NCBI GenBank assembly: GCA_000991245.1
Contig: LBRD01000002.1
Coordinates: forward strand, 108,141 to 172,140
Length of the DNA stretch: 64,000 nt
Source of the DNA: Parcubacteria group bacterium GW2011_GWC1_36_108
Lineage (GTDB): Bacteria; Patescibacteriota; Minisyncoccia; Moranbacterales; GWC2-37-73
Direction: 5' to 3'
Shown here: positions 56,901 to 64,000 of the stretch, piece by piece
How the letters are laid out: every line of letters begins with the position of its first letter
How positions within the stretch are numbered: the stretch's first letter is position 1
Made by a program: the position numbers and the translations under genes
Notes under the pieces: generated by a model
Seen by the model: only the letters and a program-made list of their open reading frames with translations
Databases searched by the model: none
What the model was told of the DNA's origin: nothing

Positions 56901-57419
56901 ATCAAGGGAGAACTTAGAACTGCTGGACTTCCAGAAAGCGGAAAGATTCGTTTGATTGATGGAAAGACTGGTGAGCCATTTGATAATGAGACCACTGTTG
57001 GTGTTATGTATATTATGAAACTGAACCATTTGGTTGAAGACAAATTGCATATGCGTTCAATAGGACCGTACTCACTTATTACTCAGCAACCGCTTGGAGG
57101 TAAGGCTCAGTTTGGAGGACAGCGCTTTGGAGAAATGGAAGTATGGGCGCTCGAAGGATATGGCGCAGCATACACATTGCAAGAAATGCTCACAATTAAA
57201 TCAGATGACGTACTCGGAAGATCAAAAGCATATGAATCAATTATTAAGGGCGAAAAAATAAAGAGCCCGAACATTCCCGCATCATTCCACGTGCTTGTAA
57301 ATGAGCTCAAAGGATTATGTTTGGATGTTGAACTTGTTGATTCCAAGCTTAAGGAAGATGATCATGACGATGAAATCGGTGGATATGATAAACCGGAAGA
57401 GGACGTTGATCAAATTTAA
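53952..57419 (+). CDS. rpoB: DNA-directed RNA polymerase subunit beta
   Basis: 1155 aa with canonical RpoB blocks (LPNLIEAQIDAYQWFL, NMQRQAVP, GRHGNKGVISRI, FGGQRFGEMEVWALE); true start possibly ATG 53985. Confidence 0.95.
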   Translation: MRRKELVRVVFMVKEKKALKVKETYASTSSLSKRKFFKKQLMVSLPNLIEAQIDAYQWFLDRGLRELFDEINPISDFTGKDLELSLTDYYLDEPKTDELTAKNKNVSYEAPLRAKARLTIKKTGEIKEQEIYLGDFPVMTPRGTFIINGVERVVVSQLIRSSGVFFTMEYSKGKKLFGAKLIPNRGAWLEIDTDLSGVLNVRIDRKRKIPVTALLRAFGMEKNEEILKAFDGFDKGEVKFIEESLAKDITKSQAEGYKEIYKRIRPGDLATAENAKQLVNGMFFNFEKYDFGSVGRYRLNQRLNINLEDKEENRILLVSDLLLIINEIIRLNNDPHAIADDIDHLGNRRVRGVGELVQNKLRIGMARMARNIKDRMSTCDIETVVPGQLINSRPVAAAIKEFFSSSQLSQFMDQVNPLAELEHKRRLSAMGPGGLTRERAGFEVRDVHHSHYGRICPIETPEGPNIGLVGHMASYARINDFGFLETPYIKLQKEVPNTVEALLNRVLNEDVAGGKVGEYITEELAKKIAKTSAKIIQIKPYISDEIEYVNATVEDRCVITHARVNTDEHRNIVDATVEARVKGHPEMIETEKLDYIDVSAKQCISVATSLIPFLEHDDANRALMGSNMQRQAVPCIVPQAPFVGTGIEDKAAADSGQVVLALGDGEVVEVDGAHITVKENAPIGAKKDNFKREYRLQSFQKSNAFTSMSQLPRVEKGQIVKKGDLLADGAATENGELALGQNPLVAFIPWDGYNFEDAIILSERLLKEDWYSSIHIEDFSIDVRDTKLGPEVVTRDIPNIGEERLKNLDETGIIRIGAEVSSGDILCGKITPKGEGDLTPEERLLRAIFGEKSKDVKDSSLYLPHGEHGKVVDIKILSREQGDKLSTGVIKQIQVSVAQLRKVSVGDKLAGRHGNKGVISRIAPVEDMPYLPDGTPIDVILNPLGVISRMNIGQILETHLGWAALKLGYKAATPALDGITEEDIKGELRTAGLPESGKIRLIDGKTGEPFDNETTVGVMYIMKLNHLVEDKLHMRSIGPYSLITQQPLGGKAQFGGQRFGEMEVWALEGYGAAYTLQEMLTIKSDDVLGRSKAYESIIKGEKIKSPNIPASFHVLVNELKGLCLDVELVDSKLKEDDHDDEIGGYDKPEEDVDQI

Positions 57420-57537
57420 GAATTTCCAAGAAATTCTTGGAATTGGTTCGCTCGCACGGAATTAAAATAAATTTTATCCCGCTGCTCGCTGCCAATTATA
57501 ATTAACTTTAGTAATAAACTTCTTATAAAAAAACAAT

Positions 57538-60500
57538 ATGGAAAATATTACCAAGGTGAGCGATTTCAATAGCGTCCGACTTCGACTAGCAAGTCCTGAT
57601 GCGATCATGAATTGGTCTCACGGTGAAATAACAAAACCTGAAACAATAAATTATCGAACCCAACGTTACGAAAAAGATGGTTTGTTCTGTGAAAAAATAT
57701 TTGGACCATCGAAAGATTGGGAGTGTTATTGTGGAAAATATAAACGAATTAGATATAAGGGAATCGTGTGCGACAAATGCGGAGTCGAAGTGACTCGCTC
57801 AATCGTGCGAAGAGAAAGAATGGGTCACATCAAATTGGCTGTGCCTGTTTCCCACATTTGGTTTTTGCGAGGTGTGCCTTCAAAAATTGGCTCAGCTCTT
57901 GGACTTGGCGTGCAGGACTTGGAAAAAGTTATCTATTTTTCAGCCTACATCATTAAGGAGGTTAATGAAGAAGTTCGCGACCGTGTGGTTGATCAATTGG
58001 AGCAGGAATACAAAATGAAGCAAAAGGAAATCAAGGGTGGAAAAACTGAAAATGAACGAAGTGCAGAAACAATGTTAGATGAACTTCGCGAACAATACAA
58101 AGGTGTTAAGGATGATTTGAAAAACCTTAAACCAATGCAGATTCTTTCAGAACTTGAATATTTCAATCTTTCTTCAAGATTCGGGCAGGTTTTTTCTGCC
58201 GGAATTGGAGCTGAAGCAGTTCGCGCAGTGCTTGAATCAATGGATATCGAAAAGATGATCAAGCATGTGAAGAAGGAATTGGAAAATGAAGATACTGCTG
58301 ACAAGAAAAAACTTTTCAAGAGAATGAAATTGTTCCAAGGTTTCAAAAAAGCTGGGCTTAAGCTTGAATGGATGCTTCCAACAGCTATCCCAGTTATTCC
58401 ACCAGATTTGCGACCAATGGTTGCTCTTGATGGAGGACGTTTTGCAACTTCAGATTTGAACGATCTTTATCGTCGTATTATTAACAGGAATAATCGTTTG
58501 AAAAAATTGATTGATCTTGGAGCTCCTGAAGTTATCACTCGAAATGAAAAAAGAATGCTTCAGGAAGCAGTGGATGCACTTTTCGACAACTCTGCTCGCA
58601 AAGGACAATCATCAGTGGCTGCTTCAACTGGACAACGAAGACCGCTTCGTTCATTGGCTGATGCGCTTAAGGGAAAGCAAGGACGTTTCCGACAAAACTT
58701 GCTTGGAAAACGTGTGGATTATTCTGGACGATCTGTGATCGTGGTTGGACCGCAGCTTAAACTTCATCAAGCAGGTTTGCCGAAGAAGATGGCTTTGGAA
58801 CTTTTCAAACCGTTTATCATCAACAAGCTTATTGAAAAAGAATTTGCGCATAATGTTAGAACTGCTGGACGAATGGTTGATGCTGAAGCTGAAGAAGCAT
58901 ATGAAATTTTGGATGAAATCATCGAGCATCACTATGTGCTCCTAAACCGTGCGCCGACTTTGCATCGTTTGTCTATTCAAGCTTTTCAACCAGTATTGAT
59001 CGAAGGAAAAGCCATCCAGGTTCATCCTATGGTTTGTGCCGCTTTCAATGCTGACTTCGATGGAGACCAAATGGCTGTGCATGTTCCTTTGACCGATCAA
59101 GCTCGCGATGAAAGTGCAAACATTATGCTTTCTTCTAAAAACCTTTTGAAACCTGCTTCTGGAGAACCAATCGCAGTGCCTTCTAAAGATATTGTGCTTG
59201 GAATTTATTTCATTACACATATAAAAGCTGGCGTGAAAGGCGAGGGAAAGATTTTTGCTACTGAGGAAGAAGCACTGTTGGCATATCAACTTGGATATAT
59301 TGCAGTTAATGCAAAAATTAAAGTTGATGTTGAAGGAACAATTCTTGAAACATCAGCTGGACGCATTATGCTTAATGATATTTTGCCAGTTGAACTTCGT
59401 TTCATTAATGAAGAAATGACGCAAAAAGAAATTAAGCAATTGGTGGCCAAAATGCTACGAATGAAAGGACAAGAAGAAACAGCTGCTTTTATCGATCGCA
59501 TCAAATCACTTGGATTCAAAATGGCTGGACGCTCTGGTATTTCTTGGGGAATGGATGATCTTAAACAATCACCAGTGAAAAAGGAAGCGATGATCAAAGC
59601 TGAAGCAGAAGTTTCAACCATCAATCAACAATATGCAATGGGACTTTTGACTGAAGAAGAAAGAAAGAATCGTGTTATTGAAATTTGGAACCGAACCAAG
59701 AATTTAATTGCTGACGCAGTGAAAGCTTCACTTGATAAGGAAGGAACAGTATACACCTTGGTTCATTCAAAAGCTCGAGGATCTGAATCAGTAGTGGTAC
59801 AGATGATGGGTATGAAAGGACTTGTGGCTGGACCGACTGGAGAAACGATTGAATTGCCTGTAAAAAGCTCCTTTAAAGAAGGTTTCAATGTTTTGGAATA
59901 TTTCATTTCAACTCATGGAGCTCGAAAAGGTATGGCTGACACAGCTCTTCGAACTGCAACTGCTGGATATCTTACTCGTCGTCTCGTGGATGTGTCTCAA
60001 GACATTATCGTGCGTGAAGAAGATTGTGGAGACACTGAGGGCGCATTTATTTATCGAGCTGATTCTGATCGTATCGGGCAAAGTTTTGCAGTGCGAGTGG
60101 AAGGACGATATCTTGCCGAAGATGTTATTGATCCAGCAACGAAAAAAGTTATCATCAAAAAAGGAGTGTTGGCAACCAAGGAAGATGGTCAAGTAGTGGA
60201 AGCCGCTGGAATTTCTGAGGTTAAAATTCGCAACGTTGTTACTTGCAAGAGTAAGCGAGGAATTTGTCGACATTGTTACGGAATCGATCTTGGTCGCAGC
60301 AACTTGGTTGCAATCGGTCAGGCTGTCGGTATCGTCGCTGCTCAAGCCATTGGTGAACCAGGAACACAGCTAACGATGCGTACTTTCCATACTGGAGGTG
60401 TTGCGGGTGGATCTGACATCACACAAGGACTTCCACGTGTTGAAGAAATTTTCGAATGTCGCCCACCGAAGGGAGAAGCGATGATTTCAGAAGTTGATGG

Positions 60501-61116
60501 AAAAATTATTGACGTGATAAGTGAGAGCAAAAAAACAGTTACTGTTAAGATTGAAACGACTGAAGGCGAAGTGGTTGAATACCAAGTTCCAGCTGAATCA
60601 ACACTGGTTGTTTCCAAGGGACAACTCATTGGCAAAGGAACACAATTTAATGAAGGTCACATTGATCTTAAAAAATTGTTTGAAACAATGGGGCAGGAAG
60701 CAATTCAACGCTATGTTATTCAAGAAATTCAGGAAATTTATGCTGCGCAAGGTGAAGCGATTAGTGATAAGCACGTTGAAGTTATCATTCGTCAAATGCT
60801 TTCTCGTGTGAAAGTTATCAGCGCGGGAGACACCGATCTTTTGCCAGGGGACATCGTTGAAAAAGATCAATTTGAAGAATCCAATAATGAAGCGATTGCT
60901 GCCAAGGAAGAAATTGCTGTTGGCGAACAACTTATTATGGGAATCACAAAAGTTGCTCTTTCAACCGAATCATTCCTTTCAGCTGCATCCTTTCAAGAAA
61001 CTGCTCGCGTTTTGATTAACGCTGCAGTAACTGGAAAAGATGATCGTTTGCGAGGACTTAAGGAAAATGTTATTATCGGACGCTTGATTCCTGCAGGAAC
61101 AGGATACCGCAAATAG
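57538..61116 (+). CDS. rpoC: DNA-directed RNA polymerase subunit beta'
   Basis: 1192 aa; zinc finger [19 protein letters not shown]; [14 protein letters not shown] catalytic motif. Confidence 0.95.
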   Translation: MENITKVSDFNSVRLRLASPDAIMNWSHGEITKPETINYRTQRYEKDGLFCEKIFGPSKDWECYCGKYKRIRYKGIVCDKCGVEVTRSIVRRERMGHIKLAVPVSHIWFLRGVPSKIGSALGLGVQDLEKVIYFSAYIIKEVNEEVRDRVVDQLEQEYKMKQKEIKGGKTENERSAETMLDELREQYKGVKDDLKNLKPMQILSELEYFNLSSRFGQVFSAGIGAEAVRAVLESMDIEKMIKHVKKELENEDTADKKKLFKRMKLFQGFKKAGLKLEWMLPTAIPVIPPDLRPMVALDGGRFATSDLNDLYRRIINRNNRLKKLIDLGAPEVITRNEKRMLQEAVDALFDNSARKGQSSVAASTGQRRPLRSLADALKGKQGRFRQNLLGKRVDYSGRSVIVVGPQLKLHQAGLPKKMALELFKPFIINKLIEKEFAHNVRTAGRMVDAEAEEAYEILDEIIEHHYVLLNRAPTLHRLSIQAFQPVLIEGKAIQVHPMVCAAFNADFDGDQMAVHVPLTDQARDESANIMLSSKNLLKPASGEPIAVPSKDIVLGIYFITHIKAGVKGEGKIFATEEEALLAYQLGYIAVNAKIKVDVEGTILETSAGRIMLNDILPVELRFINEEMTQKEIKQLVAKMLRMKGQEETAAFIDRIKSLGFKMAGRSGISWGMDDLKQSPVKKEAMIKAEAEVSTINQQYAMGLLTEEERKNRVIEIWNRTKNLIADAVKASLDKEGTVYTLVHSKARGSESVVVQMMGMKGLVAGPTGETIELPVKSSFKEGFNVLEYFISTHGARKGMADTALRTATAGYLTRRLVDVSQDIIVREEDCGDTEGAFIYRADSDRIGQSFAVRVEGRYLAEDVIDPATKKVIIKKGVLATKEDGQVVEAAGISEVKIRNVVTCKSKRGICRHCYGIDLGRSNLVAIGQAVGIVAAQAIGEPGTQLTMRTFHTGGVAGGSDITQGLPRVEEIFECRPPKGEAMISEVDGKIIDVISESKKTVTVKIETTEGEVVEYQVPAESTLVVSKGQLIGKGTQFNEGHIDLKKLFETMGQEAIQRYVIQEIQEIYAAQGEAISDKHVEVIIRQMLSRVKVISAGDTDLLPGDIVEKDQFEESNNEAIAAKEEIAVGEQLIMGITKVALSTESFLSAASFQETARVLINAAVTGKDDRLRGLKENVIIGRLIPAGTGYRK

Positions 61117-61150
61117 GTATTAGGTTCTAGGGATTAGGTTTTAGGATATA
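61111..61150. repeat. GT-rich repeat element (TAGG(A/G)TT family) after the rpoC stop
   Basis: taggtattaggttctagggattaggttttaggatatacaatacaaatc; shares the ...taggaaatacaaa tail with 2173-2215 and 15262-15340. Confidence 0.55.
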
Positions 61151-61372
61151 CAATACAAATCTTCTTGTCATTCCCGCGTAGGCGGGAATCCAGGACCTTA
61201 GCACAACTTTGCTCAGTATAGAGCAGTATGGAAAACATCAAACGTCTCACGAAAGTGAGGCGTTTTTTGTTGTCAAAATTTGCCATATTTGAGCCAAATT
61301 TAGGACTTATCCACAGTGATGTCTTGCAGTGATAAAGTATCAGTGATAGAATAGCATTAACGAAGTAAGAAA

Positions 61373-61526
61373 GTTCATAAAGTTATAAAATAAGATATAA
61401 AATCCTAAGGTACCAATTTGGCACCTTAAGTCACGGAAGAAGCAATAGGTTTTAAGAATAGAAAAAAATAATTAATTTTTTAAAAAGATATAGTGTTTGC
61501 ATCGTTCTTTATGAACTTTATGAACC
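61373..61526 (+). promoter_or_regulatory. lexA upstream control region: GTTCATAAAGTT (61373-61384), possible TTCATA-16-TATAAA promoter, then tandem CTTTATGAAC TTTATGAAC (61507-61526) before the start codon
   Basis: The same motif pair in the same inverted arrangement occurs at 979-990 / 1077-1112 (thiI-ychF divergent region); a single copy is at 6935-6946 upstream of the pilin gene. Confidence 0.45.
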
Positions 61527-61548
61527 TTATAACTTTATAAACTAATCT

Positions 61549-62211
61549 ATGCAATTAACAGCGAAACAAAAAAACATTCTTGAATCAATTCGAGAACTCA
61601 CAATGCAAAAAGGAGAAAAACCAACCAGCTATCGTGTTTGCAAACATCTTGTTTCTCAAGGTGCAAAGGAGAGTATGAAATCAGTGATGCAAGTAATTGA
61701 ATCACTCGAAAAAAAGGAACTCATTACTCGCGATGATAAAAAGAAGATTTATCTTGTTGAGAATGATAGTTACGGAGATGCTCAAAATGTTATGTCGATT
61801 CCACTTTATGGTTTGGCATCTTGCGGAGAAGCCCTGGCATATGCTGATGACAACAGTACTGATGATTTTTTGCAACTATCTCGCAGTCTTTTTCACAGAG
61901 CTGAGCCAGAAAAACTTTTTGCAGTCAAAGCACTTGGAGACTCGATGAATAAAGAGGGAATCGGCGATGGAGATTATGTTATTTTTGAAAAAGCGGAAGG
62001 TCAAAATGATTTTGAAGGAAAGATTGTGGTGGCAGTAATTAATGGTATGGCCACAATAAAGCGATACAAAAATATGGGCAAAGGCATAATCGGACTTTTT
62101 CCACATTCTACGAACGAAACACATCATCCGATTTATTTGTCAGAAGTTGATGTTATTTTTGTGGCTGGAATTTTCAAAAAAGTTTTGCCAGTGAAATTTA
62201 TAAGCCTATAA
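61549..62211 (+). CDS. lexA: LexA-like repressor (N-terminal winged HTH + C-terminal S24 peptidase domain)
   Basis: S24 motifs ALGDSMNKEGIGDGDYVIF ... GMATIKRY (Ser/Lys dyad); 220 aa. Confidence 0.8.
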   Translation: MQLTAKQKNILESIRELTMQKGEKPTSYRVCKHLVSQGAKESMKSVMQVIESLEKKELITRDDKKKIYLVENDSYGDAQNVMSIPLYGLASCGEALAYADDNSTDDFLQLSRSLFHRAEPEKLFAVKALGDSMNKEGIGDGDYVIFEKAEGQNDFEGKIVVAVINGMATIKRYKNMGKGIIGLFPHSTNETHHPIYLSEVDVIFVAGIFKKVLPVKFISL

Positions 62212-62318
62212 ACATAAAATTTTAAATTTGAAATTTTAAATTTGAAATCAAATCCAAATGTTTAAATGTTTTAAAATTTAATATATTTTAAAATTAAAAA
62301 TTAAAAATTGTTTCCGAT

Positions 62319-62609
62319 ATGAACATCATAACCACAATTGAATATTTGGCTGCAATGATGGTTGGTTTTTACTTGATCGGACTACTTATGGTGTGGATTT
62401 ATGAATTCAAGCGAAATGCTATTTATAAGAAAATGCAAGAGAAAGCCAAGAATCTTGAGCAGATGCATTTGAGTATGGCAGTTACGCATGCTAAAGCATA
62501 TAAAATTATGCAAGATTATCGACGCGACAGCTCAGCGGCTGAAAGAGTGCAGCAATTTATTCTCGAAAATGTGTTGTTAATAAGGAGAAGTACTTTGAAA
62601 AGTGAATAA
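62319..62609 (+). CDS. Hypothetical small membrane protein
   Basis: 96 aa, one TM. Confidence 0.35.
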   Translation: MNIITTIEYLAAMMVGFYLIGLLMVWIYEFKRNAIYKKMQEKAKNLEQMHLSMAVTHAKAYKIMQDYRRDSSAAERVQQFILENVLLIRRSTLKSE

Positions 62610-62679
62610 TGCGATAATATAGAAACAAATAGGGAAATGTGCTAAAATTAAAGCATATTAATTTTATCTAATTTTGGCT

Positions 62680-64000
62680 ATGGGAAGAAGAAAAAAACAA
62701 CAAGAAGATGTCGAAAATGAGGAAATAAAGCCTATTATTCATGGAGATGCAAAACGTAGCTTGGTAGCAATATTTTTATTTGTTCTGGCTGTGTTGTTTG
62801 TGTTGGGATTCTTGGCGGATGCAAAGATCGTGGGCTCTGGCTGGCTATTGGATTTTTTGAATTTGGTTGTTGGTTGGATGTTTGGAGTTGGAAAATATAT
62901 CTCTCCAATTGTGCTAATTATTGCCGGAATAATATTGCTTTTTCGAAAAGAGACATTGTTTTATGTTTCAAAGCTCATTGGACTTTTTATCGCATTTGCT
63001 AGTGTTTTAGGACTTATTCATATTTTAGCCTATGATGCTGACAAAATGCTGGAAGTTGCTAAGCTTGGAGAAGGCGGTGGTTTTCTGGGATATATTTTTG
63101 CGTTTCTTTTGTTGAAACTTGCTGGAATTATTGGCGGGAGTGTGATCTTGATAGCGCTGTTGCTTATGGGTGTTATCGTGGCTTTCAATTTTTCTTTGGT
63201 AACCTTGATTAAGAAATTTTTTCACAAAAAAATTGCTCAAGATGAAACTGAAAAAGAAGAGATGGAAGAAGAGCAGCAAGAAGAAGATCTTGAGGAAGTT
63301 TTGGAAGATCCAATTGTTGAAGTTGAAAAACAAACTGATCTTGAGGAAACAGAATTTGTGCAGGATCCCAATGAAAATGAGGAAATGGATAGTCGTATGA
63401 ATAATGTTCTCAAAAAGGCTGCAGCTTGGATGCCTAAAGGAAAAGATAGGGCAAAAAAAGAGCAGTCAATCGTAGATTGGGAATTGCCACCGGTTAGTTT
63501 GCTTGATAGCGTGATCGAGAAAGCTCAAGGCGGAGATGTGCAAAAAAATGCCAAAATAATTCAAGATACGCTTAAGAATTTTGGAATCGAAGTTGAATTA
63601 GGTGAGATTAAAACTGGACCAACTGTTACTCAATACAGTTTCCGTCCTGCGGTTGGTGTGAAGTTAAGCAGAATCACTGCGCTTAGTAGCGATCTTGCAC
63701 TTCGCTTGGCTGCACGTCAAGTTCGAATTGAAGCTCCAATCCCTGGAAAATCATTGGTTGGAATCGAAGTTCCTAACAAAGCAAATGCAACAATAAGATT
63801 GCCGGAACTTCTTTCAGCTTTGGAATTTGAAAATAGAAAATCAAATTTGCTTTTGGCTTTAGGAAAAGATGTGAGCGGAAATTACATTTTTGGCGATTTG
63901 AAAAAAATGCCACATTTGTTAATTGCCGGTTCAACTGGTAGTGGAAAAAGTGTCTGCGTGAACACACTTTTGCTTTCAATGTTATATCAAAATTCTCCAG
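62680..64000 (+). CDS. ftsK: DNA translocase FtsK/SpoIIIE, N-terminal part (runs off window end)
   Basis: Manual translation from ATG 62680: MGRRKKQQEDVENEE... N-terminal TM segments, then ...HLLIAGSTGSGKSVCVNTLLLSMLYQNSP (Walker A of the FtsK motor). No stop within the window. Confidence 0.8.
   Translation, partial: MGRRKKQQEDVENEEIKPIIHGDAKRSLVAIFLFVLAVLFVLGFLADAKIVGSGWLLDFLNLVVGWMFGVGKYISPIVLIIAGIILLFRKETLFYVSKLIGLFIAFASVLGLIHILAYDADKMLEVAKLGEGGGFLGYIFAFLLLKLAGIIGGSVILIALLLMGVIVAFNFSLVTLIKKFFHKKIAQDETEKEEMEEEQQEEDLEEVLEDPIVEVEKQTDLEETEFVQDPNENEEMDSRMNNVLKKAAAWMPKGKDRAKKEQSIVDWELPPVSLLDSVIEKAQGGDVQKNAKIIQDTLKNFGIEVELGEIKTGPTVTQYSFRPAVGVKLSRITALSSDLALRLAARQVRIEAPIPGKSLVGIEVPNKANATIRLPELLSALEFENRKSNLLLALGKDVSGNYIFGDLKKMPHLLIAGSTGSGKSVCVNTLLLSMLYQNSP

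Noticed and set aside
54419-60930. Numerous antisense or alternate-frame ORFs within rpoB and rpoC
   Set aside because: They are embedded in universally conserved RNA polymerase genes; no independent support.

Overview
This is a 64 kb window of a low-GC (about 33-35%) bacterial chromosome. Its gene content and style fit a Candidate Phyla Radiation / Patescibacteria-like organism: a type IV pilus cluster, a giant FN3 surface protein, a very compact translation and housekeeping set, and tRNAs with unusual features. That lineage call is inference from sequence style only.

Gene order, left to right:
- thiI, partial, running off the window start on the minus strand.
- ychF.
- A histidine kinase and a stand-alone receiver protein.
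- A type IV pilus block: pilB, pilC, three large pilin-like proteins, pilM, pilN, pilO.
- A minus-strand cluster of four tRNAs (Arg-TCG, His, Arg-TCT, Lys).
- A VanW-like protein, an Hsp20, a PrsW-like protease, valS and tsaD.
- An ECF sigma factor and a secreted tandem-repeat protein.
- A roughly 5.1 kb putative mobile or invertible element at tRNA-Glu, carrying an ImmA/XRE repressor module, hypothetical and membrane proteins, and a large serine recombinase.
- DedA, two alpha/beta hydrolases, a GT4 glycosyltransferase, a 3-methyladenine glycosylase and a SOD-like protein.
- A 3.4 kb islet next to tRNA-Gly, carrying two Lnu(A)/ANT(2'')-like nucleotidyltransferases and a DUF1704 protein, bracketed by repeats.
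- NUDIX, FKBP, a DUF1566 secreted protein and a 1834-aa FN3 giant surface protein.
- gdhA with an operator-flanked promoter, PBP1A, a peptidoglycan amidase, rpoB, rpoC, lexA and a partial ftsK.

Most notable findings:
1. A family of short GT-rich palindromic or tandem repeats (TTAGGAATTAGG..., 7-8 nt periodic variants, TTAGGCWTTAGCTTCTTAG) sits at gene 3' ends and is also inserted in-frame and translated inside tsaD (five sites) and valS (one site). This resembles Rickettsia palindromic elements.
2. tRNA-Glu and the 3' end of the serine recombinase ORF share a 20-nt core. That core is repeated in inverted orientation 5.1 kb away, followed by what looks like a native terminator. This suggests a recombinase-bounded element whose inversion would swap the tRNA 3' end and the recombinase C-terminus.
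3. tRNA-Gly has inverted partial 3'-end copies plus nested direct repeats around the nucleotidyltransferase islet.
4. Recurring candidate regulatory motifs: GTTCATAAAGTT/CTTTATGAAC upstream of lexA, ychF/thiI and the pilin gene; twin 17-bp palindromes around the gdhA promoter; and TGTC..GACA operators in the element.

No CRISPR array or rRNA gene was found.
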